A DNA stretch of 64,000 nt from Hyphomicrobiales bacterium. Its GTDB lineage: Bacteria > Pseudomonadota > Alphaproteobacteria > Rhizobiales > CBDCVD01. Every line of letters begins with the position of its first letter. The stretch's first letter is position 1. A model generated the notes under the pieces. The model was not told the DNA's origin. It ran no database searches and saw nothing but the letters and a program-made list of their open reading frames with translations. Where the stretch lies: the NCBI GenBank assembly GCA_965222955.1, contig OZ244974.1, forward strand, positions 1,344,226 to 1,408,225. Direction: 5' to 3'. A program made the position numbers and the translations under genes. Positions 55,146-64,000 of this stretch are shown here, one piece after another.

Positions 55146-56318
55146 TTAAGCCGATACCGCCGGGACCAGCGCGATCGCACCCTTTTCATAGCTGATCGCC
55201 AGTTCTCCGTCCAGCAAACGCAGGGCATCGGCACCGAAAATCTCACGCCGCCACCCTTTTAGCGCCGACACATCGCCAGTACGATCCTCAACAAGGGACC
55301 GAATATCGTGGGTTGTGGCGACCAGGCGGGGTGCTACCTGATGGCGTTCGCTTACATGTTTGAGCAGAATTTTTAGCAGATCCACTGCCGCGGTGTCCTG
55401 ATTTTGCGAGGCGCTCGGGCGCGGCAATGTCTCCAGCGCATCCACCGGTTGCGCCATAACGGCATTGACAAGGGTAACGATCTCGTCCGCCGCCGCGTTT
55501 TGCGCCCCATTGGCAAAACGGCGTCCAAGGCTTCGTAAACGGCCCAGATCGGCGGTTGTGCGGGGCTTTTGCCGGGCTATTTCGTTGATCTGGTCATCCT
55601 TTAGAACCCGTCCACGGGGCACATCGCGCTTTTGCGCCAGCGCCTCGCGCCAGGCGCTGAGCGTCTTGGCGATCGTGTAGTCGCGTCGATGATTCAGGCG
55701 GATTTTAACCCGCTTCCAGGCCCGGTCCGGGTGCAGATCGTAGGTCTGCGGATCGCTCAGCCGGCGCATTTCCTCGTCCAGCCAATGAGCGCGGCCGTTT
55801 GTTTCAAGGCGTCCTTGCAAGGCCCGGTACACATCGCGCAGATGGGTCACATCGGCAATAGCGTAGTGTAGCTGTTTGTTTGTCAGCGGCCGCTTGCTCC
55901 AGTCGGTAAAGCGCGACGCCTTGTCGATTTTTGCCTTCGCCAGTTGGCGCGCAAGCTGCTCGTAGCCCACCTGATCGCCAAAACCGCATACCATGGCCGC
56001 GATTTGGGTATCGAAAACAGGCGCGGGGATCAGTCCGGCCCTGTGGTGAAAAATTTCGATGTCCTGGCGTCCGGCGTGAAAGACCTTGAGTACCGTATCA
56101 TTGCGCAATAGCCCGTACAGGGGCGAGAGATCGATCCCGTGTGCCAGCGGGTCGATACACCACGCATCCGATGCCTTGGGGCCGGCAAGCTGGATGAGAC
56201 ACAACTGCGGCCAATAGGTGTTGTCGCGCATGAATTCGGTATCGATGGTGATAAAGTCGGCGCGTGCGAGCCCATCGCACAGGCGCTCAAGGGCATCGGT
56301 GGTGGTGACAATATCCAT
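55146..56318 (-). CDS. rnd: Ribonuclease D
   Basis: 390 aa. DEDD exonuclease motifs (ITIDTEFMR, VFHAGRQDIEIF, HYAIADVTHL) and an HRDC region. Confidence 0.9.
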   Translation of the reverse strand: MDIVTTTDALERLCDGLARADFITIDTEFMRDNTYWPQLCLIQLAGPKASDAWCIDPLAHGIDLSPLYGLLRNDTVLKVFHAGRQDIEIFHHRAGLIPAPVFDTQIAAMVCGFGDQVGYEQLARQLAKAKIDKASRFTDWSKRPLTNKQLHYAIADVTHLRDVYRALQGRLETNGRAHWLDEEMRRLSDPQTYDLHPDRAWKRVKIRLNHRRDYTIAKTLSAWREALAQKRDVPRGRVLKDDQINEIARQKPRTTADLGRLRSLGRRFANGAQNAAADEIVTLVNAVMAQPVDALETLPRPSASQNQDTAAVDLLKILLKHVSERHQVAPRLVATTHDIRSLVEDRTGDVSALKGWRREIFGADALRLLDGELAISYEKGAIALVPAVSA

Positions 56319-56387
56319 AATAGTCCATTGATTGCGAAAGCCTGATCGAAACAGAGCACGTGCATACGGGACGTGACATGCTCTAAC

Positions 56388-56504
56388 TGTGATCTTTCAG
56401 CAGGTTGTTCCCGGGACAGGCAGGTCCGAAGGTACATCTCTTGCGCCCTTGCCGCCAGCAGCACCCGATGGGTTTATCAGGGATAACCTGTTCAAAGACT
56501 ACAT
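56388..56504 (+). repeat. Family B copy, preceded by a 15-nt A-TIR remnant (56373-56387)
   Basis: gtgacatgctctaac | tgtgatctttcagcaggttgttcccgggacagg...cagggataacctgttcaaagactacat. Confidence 0.8.
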
Positions 56505-56778
56505 CTAGAGCGTGTCAGGTCTTAATAGAATCAATTCTGTTTCTCGATTGGCGAGGTGACCCACGTTTGAGCCGATCGACATGCGATGCGGGCGCATCTC
56601 ATGAGATCGGTTTGAGCGTGGGCACCCGCCAATCCGAAACCCGAAGGGACGGGCGATTTTGCACCAATGCCGGCGCAAAGTCTCTTGAAAATAGTCCACT
56701 ATGTCCTGCGAAACTTTGCTTGGCCTTGTCACAAAATCGCTCCGTCAGAATGGTTCTATTAAGACCTGACACGCTCTA
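56505..56778 (+). mobile_element. MITE family A, short form (274 bp)
   Basis: ctagagcgtgtcaggtcttaatagaatc ... ggttctattaagacctgacacgctctaa. Confidence 0.9.
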
Positions 56779-56920
56779 ACAGATGATGACAAAACCTGCC
56801 ATTCACCAGTAGATGACACGCTCTATATCAATATTCACTTAAAATACAATCGTTTGCGGGCCACGGGGCAAGGGGTGTACGATCTTGCGCCAGGGCGTCC
56901 CAACGGCCGGCGGCGGTGGA

Positions 56921-57078
56921 TGTGTTATTTCAACAGGGTGTTTCCGGTAAACGCATCGGGTATATCTGGCCCGAACCGGCCCTGTCCTGCTTCTGTCCTG
57001 CTCCTGTCTCGGTGATGGTCGCAAGAGGGATCACGTCAGATTTACCCGTCTCGGGGACGATCTGCCGAACGATCACAG
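56921..57078 (-). repeat. Family B copy (divergent interior)
   Basis: tgtgttatttcaacagggtgtttccggtaaacgcatcggg ... tctcggggacgatctgccgaacgatcacag. Confidence 0.65.
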
Positions 57079-57196
57079 GTAGGGAGGGCTTTCGGCGCGG
57101 ATTGATCTTGACAATTATTCCCCACCATGCGCTTGTCGCGCCACGGCGATACGCCGCCGAACGAGGAATTGACCGGGAAATTTATCGAGGAGCTTC

Positions 57197-58984
57197 ATGC
57201 ACGCCTATCGTACCCACACCTGCGCGGACCTGCGCAGCGATCACATCGGCATAACGGCCCGCCTTTCCGGTTGGGTGCACCGGGTGCGCGATCACGGTGG
57301 CGTGCTGTTTATCGACCTGCGCGATCACTTCGGTCTGACGCAATGTGTGGCGGACCCGGATTCGAGCGTCTTCGCGCTCCTTGAGACGGTGCGCGCCGAA
57401 TGGGTCATCCGCATCGATGGCGAAGTGCGGGCGCGCCCGGCCGATACGCTCAATGAAATCCTGCCCACCGGCGCCGTTGAAGTGTTTATCCGCGACGTGG
57501 AGATTTTAAGCCAGGCGCGCGAATTGCCCCTGCCGGTGTTTGGCGAGCCGGAATATCCGGAAGATATTCGCCTTGGCTATCGTTATCTCGATTTGCGCCG
57601 GCCGACGCTACACAACAATATCGTGGCGCGATCACACATTATCGCAGCGATCCGGCGGCGTATGAACGACGCCGGGTTTATGGAGTTCCAGACGCCCATC
57701 CTGACCGCCTCAAGCCCTGAGGGTGCGCGCGATTTTCTCGTACCTTCGCGCCTGCACCCGGGGCGGTTTTATGCGCTGCCGCAGGCGCCGCAACAGTTCA
57801 AGCAGTTGATCATGATCGCCGGTTTTGATCGCTATTTTCAGATCGCCCCCTGTTTTCGCGACGAGGACGCCCGCGCCGACCGCTCGCCCGGCGAATTCTA
57901 CCAACTCGATATCGAGATGAGCTTTGTCGAACAGGACGATGTACTGGGCGCCGTCGAGCCGATCCTGCGCGATCTGTTTGTTGAATTCGCCGATGGCAAA
58001 CCGGTCACCAAAACGTTTCCGCGTATCGCCTATGAGGAGGCGATACGCAAATACGGAACCGACAAGCCGGATCTGCGCAACCCGCTTGTCATGGGCGATG
58101 TCACGGAACATTTTCGCGGCGCAGGCTTTCGCGTGTTCGCCACATTGCTCGAAAGGGATGAGGCCAGCCGCGTCTGGGCCATCCCGGCGCCCGGCGGCGG
58201 CAGCCGGGCGTTTTGCGATCGCCTGAATTCCTGGGCGCAAGGGGAGGGCCAGCCGGGACTGGGATATATTTTCTTTCGCGATGGTGAAGGCGCCGGCCCG
58301 ATCGCCAAAAACATCGGGCCTGAGCGCACCGCGGCCATACGCGCAGCACTCGATTTAGGCGATGGGGATGCGGTTTTCTTTTGCGCCGGCAGGCCGCGGG
58401 CCTTTGCCCCCTTTGCCGCCGCCGCCCGCACCACGATCGCCGAGCGTCTTGAACTCATTGATCGCGATCGATTTGCCTTTTGCTGGATCGTCGACTATCC
58501 CATGTTCGAGTGGAACGAGGAGGAAAAGCGCATCGATTTCTCCCATAATCCCTTTTCCATGCCCCAGGGCGGCCTTCAGGCGCTCAACGAAAAGGACCCC
58601 CTTGATGTTCTGGCCTATCAGTATGATATCGTATGCAATGGCGTTGAATTGTCGTCCGGCGCCATTCGCAACCACGTGCCCCGGATCATGGAAAAGGCCT
58701 TTGCCATCGCCGGTTATGATCGGCAGGTGCTGCAAAAGCGCTTTGGCGGCATGTATAATGCGTTGCAATACGGCGCACCGCCTCACGGCGGCATTGCGCC
58801 GGGGATTGATCGCATTGTCATGCTTTTGTGCGGCGTGGAAAACCTGCGCGAGGTTACCCTCTTTCCCATGAATCAGAGGGCGCAGGATCTGATGATGCAG
58901 GCGCCCTCCGAGGTTACACGCGCGCAATTGCGCGAATTGCACATTCGTCTTGATCTGCCGGAGGAGCCTGGCGAGCCGTTGTGA
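57197..58984 (+). CDS. aspS: Aspartate--tRNA ligase
   Basis: 595 aa. OB-fold N-domain ([21 protein letters not shown]) and class II motifs ([14 protein letters not shown]-like, [13 protein letters not shown]). Confidence 0.95.
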   Translation: MHAYRTHTCADLRSDHIGITARLSGWVHRVRDHGGVLFIDLRDHFGLTQCVADPDSSVFALLETVRAEWVIRIDGEVRARPADTLNEILPTGAVEVFIRDVEILSQARELPLPVFGEPEYPEDIRLGYRYLDLRRPTLHNNIVARSHIIAAIRRRMNDAGFMEFQTPILTASSPEGARDFLVPSRLHPGRFYALPQAPQQFKQLIMIAGFDRYFQIAPCFRDEDARADRSPGEFYQLDIEMSFVEQDDVLGAVEPILRDLFVEFADGKPVTKTFPRIAYEEAIRKYGTDKPDLRNPLVMGDVTEHFRGAGFRVFATLLERDEASRVWAIPAPGGGSRAFCDRLNSWAQGEGQPGLGYIFFRDGEGAGPIAKNIGPERTAAIRAALDLGDGDAVFFCAGRPRAFAPFAAAARTTIAERLELIDRDRFAFCWIVDYPMFEWNEEEKRIDFSHNPFSMPQGGLQALNEKDPLDVLAYQYDIVCNGVELSSGAIRNHVPRIMEKAFAIAGYDRQVLQKRFGGMYNALQYGAPPHGGIAPGIDRIVMLLCGVENLREVTLFPMNQRAQDLMMQAPSEVTRAQLRELHIRLDLPEEPGEPL

Positions 58985-59001
58985 GGCGGCGCGGGGTAGT
59001 T

Positions 59002-59064
59002 AGTTGATCGCGAAGAGAGGTGCTTCGCTCCGCTCCATGTACTTTTCTTCATTTAAAACAATGA
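59002..59064 (-). repeat. Family D/E, E-end fragment in reverse orientation (host of the next element)
   Basis: agttgatcgcgaagagaggtgcttcgctccgctccatgtacttttcttcatttaaaacaatgag. Confidence 0.7.
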
Positions 59065-59290
59065 GTTGAATGTGAAAAAGTCCCTCGGCTTCGCCTCGGT
59101 CCACTTTTTCCCAATAAATAAGGACAAATCAGTCCCTGGGGCGGCCCGGCGGACTGATTTGGCATTCATATTGACCGATCATGACCAATGGCCATGATCG
59201 GAAATCGCAAGGTTCTACACGCAAATACGCCAAAACCTTGCAATAAGCCCAGGCGAAGACAAAGCGCAGCACCTTTCTTCACGATCAAAC
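59065..59290 (+). repeat. Family D/E element, nearly complete (internal deletion in the E part), flanked by acaatga(g)
   Basis: gttgaatgtgaaaaagtccctcggcttcgcctcggtcc...aaatcagtccctgg ggcggcccggcggactgattt...ccttgcaataagcc...cacctttcttcacgatcaa. Confidence 0.75.
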
Positions 59291-59305
59291 AATGAGAAAA
59301 CTGAG

Positions 59306-59387
59306 ACCAAGAAGATGCGGCCCCTTGCCACAGATGGCCACCAGCACCCGATGGGTTTACCAGGGACAATCTGTTGAAAGATCACAT
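59306..59387 (+). repeat. Family B right half, ending at the rpmF stop
   Basis: gatgcggccccttgccacagatggccaccagcacccgatgggtttaccagggacaatctgttgaaagatcacat, then ctag. Confidence 0.75.
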
Positions 59388-59567
59388 CTAGTCGCGTGGC
59401 TCAAGTATCTGCCGACCGCGATACATGCCCGTCTTTAAATCGATATGATGAGGACGGCGCAATTCGCCGGAGTCCTTGTCTTCGATATACGTGGGTTTTT
59501 CCACTACATCGCCCGAGCGGCGATTACCACGCTTCATACGTGAAACTTTTCTCTTTGGAACGGCCAT
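59388..59567 (-). CDS. rpmF: 50S ribosomal protein L32
   Basis: [18 protein letters not shown]... (59 aa). Start trimmed to ATG 59567. Confidence 0.95.
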   Translation of the reverse strand: MAVPKRKVSRMKRGNRRSGDVVEKPTYIEDKDSGELRRPHHIDLKTGMYRGRQILEPRD

Positions 59568-59698
59568 CGATCTCTCCAGTTGCATAAAATATCTGTTTAA
59601 GTGAAAGCGCCTGTCCAGGCGGCTTCATTTAAACAGGTAAACAGGGCACACGCTCTATAGCGCCTTTTTCTCGTCTTGACCAGTATAAACCCGTGGGA

Positions 59699-60589
59699 TC
59701 AATCGTAAATGCATCTGGTGTGAACCCGATCGCGCGCCATGCGGCGGCGGATAATGTTGGCGACATAGCGCGTCCGGCGGCTGGGCCGGTTAACGCTATA
59801 GTGCACAGGATTGGGCAGGACGGCCGCCAAAAGCGCGGCCTCGCGGTGGCCCAGGCGCGCCGCACTCTTGTTGAAATAGTGTTGCGCGGCGACCTCGATG
59901 CCAAAGATCCCCGGCCCCCACTCCACGGAGTTCAGATATAACTCGAGGGTGCGCTTCTTGGACCACACAAGATCGGCGTAATACGCCAGGGGCACTTCGA
60001 TCGCCTTGCGCACAACGCTGCGCGAGGGCCACAAATAGAGATTCTTGACGGTCTGCATGGTAAGGGTGGAGGCGCCGCGCATGTGTCCCGACTGTCTGTA
60101 GCGATCGAGACTGTTCTCGACTTCGCGCCAGTCAATGCCGGAGTGGTGGCAAAACCGGCCGTCTTCCGAGAGAATGACCGCATCCTTGACATGGCGCGAG
60201 ATGTGCGCCAACGGAACCCAGGTGCGCCGGATGGTCTCGCCGTTGAGCATTTTTTTCATCATCAGGGTGGAGGCGGGCGGGCGGATAATCGCATATAACG
60301 GGATCGCCAGTGCGGGTATCAGAAGTACGATCAGAACTCCGGCAAGGGCGATCCGCGCCAGTCTGCGGTGGCGGAGCCTGGGTTTTTGCGGCTGCTCCTT
60401 GGCTGCCTGGCGATGGGTTCGCGCGATTGCCTGCCTTTTAAGGGTGGCGCGCTTTCTTGTCGAGGGTTTGCCGGCTCGCCGCGGTGGCCGATAATTCGGC
60501 GCCTCCAGCGGCGGCGCACGGCGCACGGCGCTTGCTATTCGGCGCAGTCCGGCGCGTAATGCATCGCGATAGGATTTCCTGGCTGCCAT
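59699..60589 (-). CDS. mtgA: Monofunctional biosynthetic peptidoglycan transglycosylase
   Basis: Basic N-terminal extension, one TM segment, GT51 motifs (VILSEDGRFCHHSGIDW, GASTLTMQTVKNL, RKAIEVPLA). Confidence 0.85.
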   Translation of the reverse strand: MAARKSYRDALRAGLRRIASAVRRAPPLEAPNYRPPRRAGKPSTRKRATLKRQAIARTHRQAAKEQPQKPRLRHRRLARIALAGVLIVLLIPALAIPLYAIIRPPASTLMMKKMLNGETIRRTWVPLAHISRHVKDAVILSEDGRFCHHSGIDWREVENSLDRYRQSGHMRGASTLTMQTVKNLYLWPSRSVVRKAIEVPLAYYADLVWSKKRTLELYLNSVEWGPGIFGIEVAAQHYFNKSAARLGHREAALLAAVLPNPVHYSVNRPSRRTRYVANIIRRRMARDRVHTRCIYD

Positions 60590-60667
60590 CGTCTTGTTTA
60601 TAACCGAATGGGCGTTTATACATTATTGCCATTATCGACGCGAACATCAGGCCAATTTGTGGCGAGC

Positions 60668-61582
60668 ATGACAGCAACCGATTTGAAAGCACGGCTTGAT
60701 CGATGTAAACAGGCGGTCGAAGCCACCCTTGAGCAGATATTCGATGAGATTGCGCAGTCCGAGCATCACGCTGCGCCACAGCGTTTGATTGCAGCAATGC
60801 GACATGCCACCATTTCCGGTGGCAAGTGCTTTCGGCCGCTGCTGCTGATGGAGTCGGCGCGCCTGTTCGGCGTATCGCAGCATCAGGTGGTGCGTTCCGC
60901 GGCGGCTCTGGAGTGCGTGCATTGCTATTCCCTCGTTCACGACGACCTGCCGGCCATGGACGATGATGATATGCGCCGTGGACGGGCAAGCCTGCACAAG
61001 GCGTTCGATGAAGCAACGGCCATTCTGGCCGGCGATGCCCTTTTGACGCTGGCCTTTGAGATTATGGCGGACGGCCGTACCCATGGCGATCCGGCGGTGC
61101 GGGCGCTGTTGTGCGCCAAGCTGGCACAGGCGGCGGGCGCGAGCGGCATGGTCGGCGGCCAGGCGCGGGATATGGCGGCGGAAGATGCGGTATTGAATGC
61201 CGCCCAGATCGCCCGGTTGCAGGGCATGAAAACCGGCGCGCTGATTACTTTTGCCTGCGAAGCGGGGGCTATAATCGGCGGCGCCAGCCAGGCACAGCGC
61301 ACCGCTCTTGTCAATTACGGTGAGGCGGTCGGTCTGGCGTTTCAGTTGTGCGACGATCTGCTTGATGTGGAGGCCAGCGCCGATAGTCTGGGCAAGGCCA
61401 CCGGCAAGGACAAGGCGCGCGGCAAGCAAACACTCGTGTCGCTTTATGGGGTGGACGTCGCACGGCAGCGGTTGCTGGACATTATTATCACGGCGCAGAA
61501 CAGCCTTGCTTCTTTCGGCGAACATGGTCATGTGTTGGGAGCGGCGGCGCAATTCATTGCCACCCGCTCGGCGCGTGTGTAG
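60668..61582 (+). CDS. ispA: Polyprenyl (farnesyl/geranylgeranyl) diphosphate synthase
   Basis: FARM motif LVHDDLPAMDDDDMRRG and SARM motif FQLCDDLLD. Start trimmed to ATG 60668. Confidence 0.9.
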   Translation: MTATDLKARLDRCKQAVEATLEQIFDEIAQSEHHAAPQRLIAAMRHATISGGKCFRPLLLMESARLFGVSQHQVVRSAAALECVHCYSLVHDDLPAMDDDDMRRGRASLHKAFDEATAILAGDALLTLAFEIMADGRTHGDPAVRALLCAKLAQAAGASGMVGGQARDMAAEDAVLNAAQIARLQGMKTGALITFACEAGAIIGGASQAQRTALVNYGEAVGLAFQLCDDLLDVEASADSLGKATGKDKARGKQTLVSLYGVDVARQRLLDIIITAQNSLASFGEHGHVLGAAAQFIATRSARV

Positions 61583-61583
61583 A

Positions 61584-61703
61584 TGCAATCTTTCAACAGG
61601 TTGTTCCTGAGACAGGCAAACCTGAAGGGACGTCTCTAGTAGTCAGATGAATGGCCAACAGCACCCGATGGGTTTTTCGAGAACAACCTGTTGAAATTAC
61701 TCA
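61584..61703 (+). repeat. Family B copy (cgagaac subfamily, keeps an F right tip)
   Basis: tgcaatctttcaacaggttgttcctgagacagg...tcagatgaatggccaacagcacccgatgggtttttcgagaacaacctgttgaaattactca. Starts 1 nt after the ispA stop. Confidence 0.8.
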
Positions 61704-61762
61704 TCCGGAGGGCCGTGCCAGGGCGCGGCGCAAGGCGCCCCATAAAGCGAAAAACAAGGAGT

Positions 61763-62545
61763 ATGATAATGGCGGTACTGGTAAAACGGGCTGGTCAGGA
61801 CAATATGGATCATTGGCAGGAACGCGCCGATCTGGCGGCTGCCTTTCGCTGGGTAGCGCGTCTGGATATGCATGAAGGGGTGGCGAATCACTTTTCGCTC
61901 CGCGTTGAGGGGGCGCGAACGCCGTTTTTGCTGAATCCCAACCAACGCCATTTCGCCCGTATCAGAGCCTCCGATCTGTTGCTGCTACATGCCGATGACG
62001 ATGCCTGCCTGAACGGTCCCGACGCCCCCGATCCCACCGCATGGGGGCTGCATGGCGCTATTCATCGGCGCTGTCCCCAGGCCCGTTGCGTCATGCATGT
62101 GCATTCGATGTTCGCGACCGTGCTGGCTTGTCTTGAAGACCCGATCATTCCGCCGATCGATCAGAATACGGCCATGTTTTACAACCGGACGGTGGTGGAT
62201 GCGGATTATGCCGGTCTGGCCTTTACCGCCGAGGGGGAACGATGCGCGGCGTTGTTCAACGATGCGGCAAAAGGTGCGGCAAAAAAAGTCATGATCATGG
62301 GCAATCATGGCGTGTTGGTTATTGGCGATAGTGTCGCCGATACGTTCAACCGGTTGTACTATTTTGAACGTGCCGCGCAGACCTATATTCGCGCCCTGCA
62401 GACGGGTAAGCCGTTAAAAGTGCTGGAGGACGCCGTAGCAGAGAAAACGGCGCGCCAGATCGACAATTACCCGTCCCAGGCGACGCAGCACTTCGCCGAG
62501 TTAAAGGCCATCCTTGACACCGAAGGCGCGAACTATGCGTCCTGA
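61763..62545 (+). CDS. Class II aldolase/adducin family protein
   Basis: AAAFRWVARLDMHEGVANHFSL, ARCVMHVHSMFATVLA and MGNHGVLVIGDSVADTF. Start uncertain (61763, 61769 or 61805); the upstream part of the ORF lies in repeat B. Confidence 0.8.
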   Translation: MIMAVLVKRAGQDNMDHWQERADLAAAFRWVARLDMHEGVANHFSLRVEGARTPFLLNPNQRHFARIRASDLLLLHADDDACLNGPDAPDPTAWGLHGAIHRRCPQARCVMHVHSMFATVLACLEDPIIPPIDQNTAMFYNRTVVDADYAGLAFTAEGERCAALFNDAAKGAAKKVMIMGNHGVLVIGDSVADTFNRLYYFERAAQTYIRALQTGKPLKVLEDAVAEKTARQIDNYPSQATQHFAELKAILDTEGANYAS

Positions 62546-62594
62546 TCATGGCGCCGGGATTGTGTCGGCAGGGTGCCCACGGGCAGGAGCAACG

Positions 62595-63047
62595 ATGAGT
62601 ATAAGAATATGCGCCGCAGTGTGGCTGTGTGTAAGCGTGCTGTTGGCGTTTGCCGGTGCCCAGGCGTGGGCAAATCAGGCGCGGGAACTGAATATCATCC
62701 GCCCGCACGCCTTTGCCAGTGTGCCTGGCGCCAAAGTCGCCAGCGTCTATATGGAAATCATCAACACCGGCGATAGCGCGTATCGATTGACCGGTGCCGC
62801 TGCCACCTTCGCCGGCCGGGTTGAAATCCATAACATGACGGTGAAAAACAACGTGATGCGCATGCGCAAACTCGCCGGTGGCATTGAAATTGCGCCTCGC
62901 GGGCGTATTGTGTTGTCCGGGAGGGGTATGCATATCATGTTCATGGAGCTGCGCCGGCCGCTCGTCGTTGGCGAGACGCTGCCGCTGACGCTGCTGTTTG
63001 AAAAAGCCGATCCGATCCAGGTGGAACTGGCCATTGTGCCCCGTTGA
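62595..63047 (+). CDS. Copper chaperone PCu(A)C (DUF461)
   Basis: Signal peptide and a His/Met copper motif region (VEIHNMTVKNNVMRMRKL...GMHIMFMEL). Sits upstream of SCO1. Confidence 0.85.
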   Translation: MSIRICAAVWLCVSVLLAFAGAQAWANQARELNIIRPHAFASVPGAKVASVYMEIINTGDSAYRLTGAAATFAGRVEIHNMTVKNNVMRMRKLAGGIEIAPRGRIVLSGRGMHIMFMELRRPLVVGETLPLTLLFEKADPIQVELAIVPR

Positions 63048-63084
63048 GACACCGATTGCCGCCGCCAGCGAGAAGGGCTGAAAG

Positions 63085-63684
63085 GTGTTAGGATACGTTC
63101 GTGTTGGCCTTTGGGCACTTATTGGCGTAATCGGCGTTTTCGCTATCGGGCGGTATATGCTTGATCACTCCCTGGACGACGCACCATCCGCTTCGGTGGT
63201 CTTTGGTGCGCCCTTTCAACTTGTCGATCAGAACGGTGCGGCGATTACCCACGACGCGTTTGCCGGCCGGCCTGTGGCGCTGTTCTTTGGCTTTACCCAT
63301 TGTCCCAACATCTGTCCGACGACATTGTTTGAACTATCGGCCTGGCTTTCCGAACTGGGCGAAGAGGGGGAGCGGATCGGCGCTTTCTTTGTTACCCTCG
63401 ATCCGGCGCGCGATACGCCGGAGGTGATGAAGAGTTATGTCAGTGCCTTTTCCAGGCGCATTGTGGGCATTACCGGGGAGGCGACAAGGATTGCGGCGCT
63501 GGCCAAAGCATGGCGGGTGTTTGTCAGGAAGGTCCCCCTTGAGGGCAATGATTATACGATCGACCACACCGCATCGGTGTTTCTTGTGCGTCCCGACGGC
63601 ACCTTGCAGGGTACGATCGGCTATGGTGAAGGGACTGCCGTGGCGATAAGGAAACTGAAGAACCTCGCTCGCCAGCCGCTATAG
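63085..63684 (+). CDS. SCO1/SenC family copper-binding protein
   Basis: N-terminal TM segment and a thioredoxin fold with FGFTHCPNICPTTL (CxxxC) and DHTASVFLVRPDG. Confidence 0.9.
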   Translation: MLGYVRVGLWALIGVIGVFAIGRYMLDHSLDDAPSASVVFGAPFQLVDQNGAAITHDAFAGRPVALFFGFTHCPNICPTTLFELSAWLSELGEEGERIGAFFVTLDPARDTPEVMKSYVSAFSRRIVGITGEATRIAALAKAWRVFVRKVPLEGNDYTIDHTASVFLVRPDGTLQGTIGYGEGTAVAIRKLKNLARQPL

Positions 63685-63702
63685 TGCGTTGTATTTGGCT
63701 AT

Positions 63703-63778
63703 ATATTTCAGGGCGATCAGCTTTATGCGTTTCGCTTTGCGCCTGGCAAGACGGGTAAAGCGAAACACATGCTCCAGA
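63703..63778. repeat. Sub-element G, stand-alone copy
   Basis: tatatatttcagggcgatcagctttatgcgtttcgctttgcgcctggcaagacgggtaaagcgaaac. The same module is embedded in long-form A copies. Confidence 0.65.
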
Positions 63779-64000
63779 TGTGCAATTTCAACAGGTTGTC
63801 CCTGGTAAAACCATCGGTTGCCGTTGGCCATTCATCTGATCATTGGAGGTGTTCGATTTCTCCCGCGCTGTCAAGGGTTTAAGAACCGCTGAAAGCGCCG
63901 CGAAGCGCCCTTGACAGCGCGGGAGAGATCGAACACCTCCAATGATCAGATGAATGACCCGAACCGGCCTTCCTGGCGGCAATGGCCGCAAGTACCCTGA
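63779..64000 (-). repeat. Family B copy with nested F palindrome (63828..63957), running off the window
   Basis: tgtgcaatttcaacaggttgtccctggtaaaacc..[ccattcatctgatcattgg...ccaatgatcagatgaatga]..cccgaaccggccttcctggcggcaatggccgcaag. Confidence 0.8.

Overview
GC-rich, gene-dense chromosomal segment that looks alphaproteobacterial from its gene content (inference). About 40 genes are mostly housekeeping: an ATM1-type ABC exporter, cysE, phasin, clpS-clpA, class II RNR nrdJ, benE, accB-accC, aat, rne, lexA, ppk-ppx, rnd, aspS, rpmF, mtgA, an ispA-like gene, PCuAC-SCO1, NDUFA12-like and NDUFS4-like proteins, tRNA-Pro(UGG) and tRNA-Arg(UCU). There is also a 1345-aa autotransporter carrying four near-identical 321-bp repeats. 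Between rne and lexA sits one IS4-like IS next to a visibly AT-richer two-gene cassette of unknown function. The dominant feature is that almost every intergenic region is filled with nested MITE-like repeats. I name the families A, B, C, D/E, F, G and J. My hand tally is about 9.8 kb, roughly 15% of the window, and is an estimate. Family C shows clean 3-bp TAA/TTA target duplications and forms two 99-bp-period tandem arrays. Family A shows a TA duplication where one copy sits inside another. A D/E element with a 5-bp duplication splits an IS5-like transposase gene, and removing it in silico restores the reading frame. Several genes take their stop codon, or everything just upstream of their start codon, from these repeats. 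All homology calls come from reading the translations by eye; no database was searched. Many long ORFs in the track are antisense or out-of-frame shadows typical of GC-rich DNA and are not annotated.
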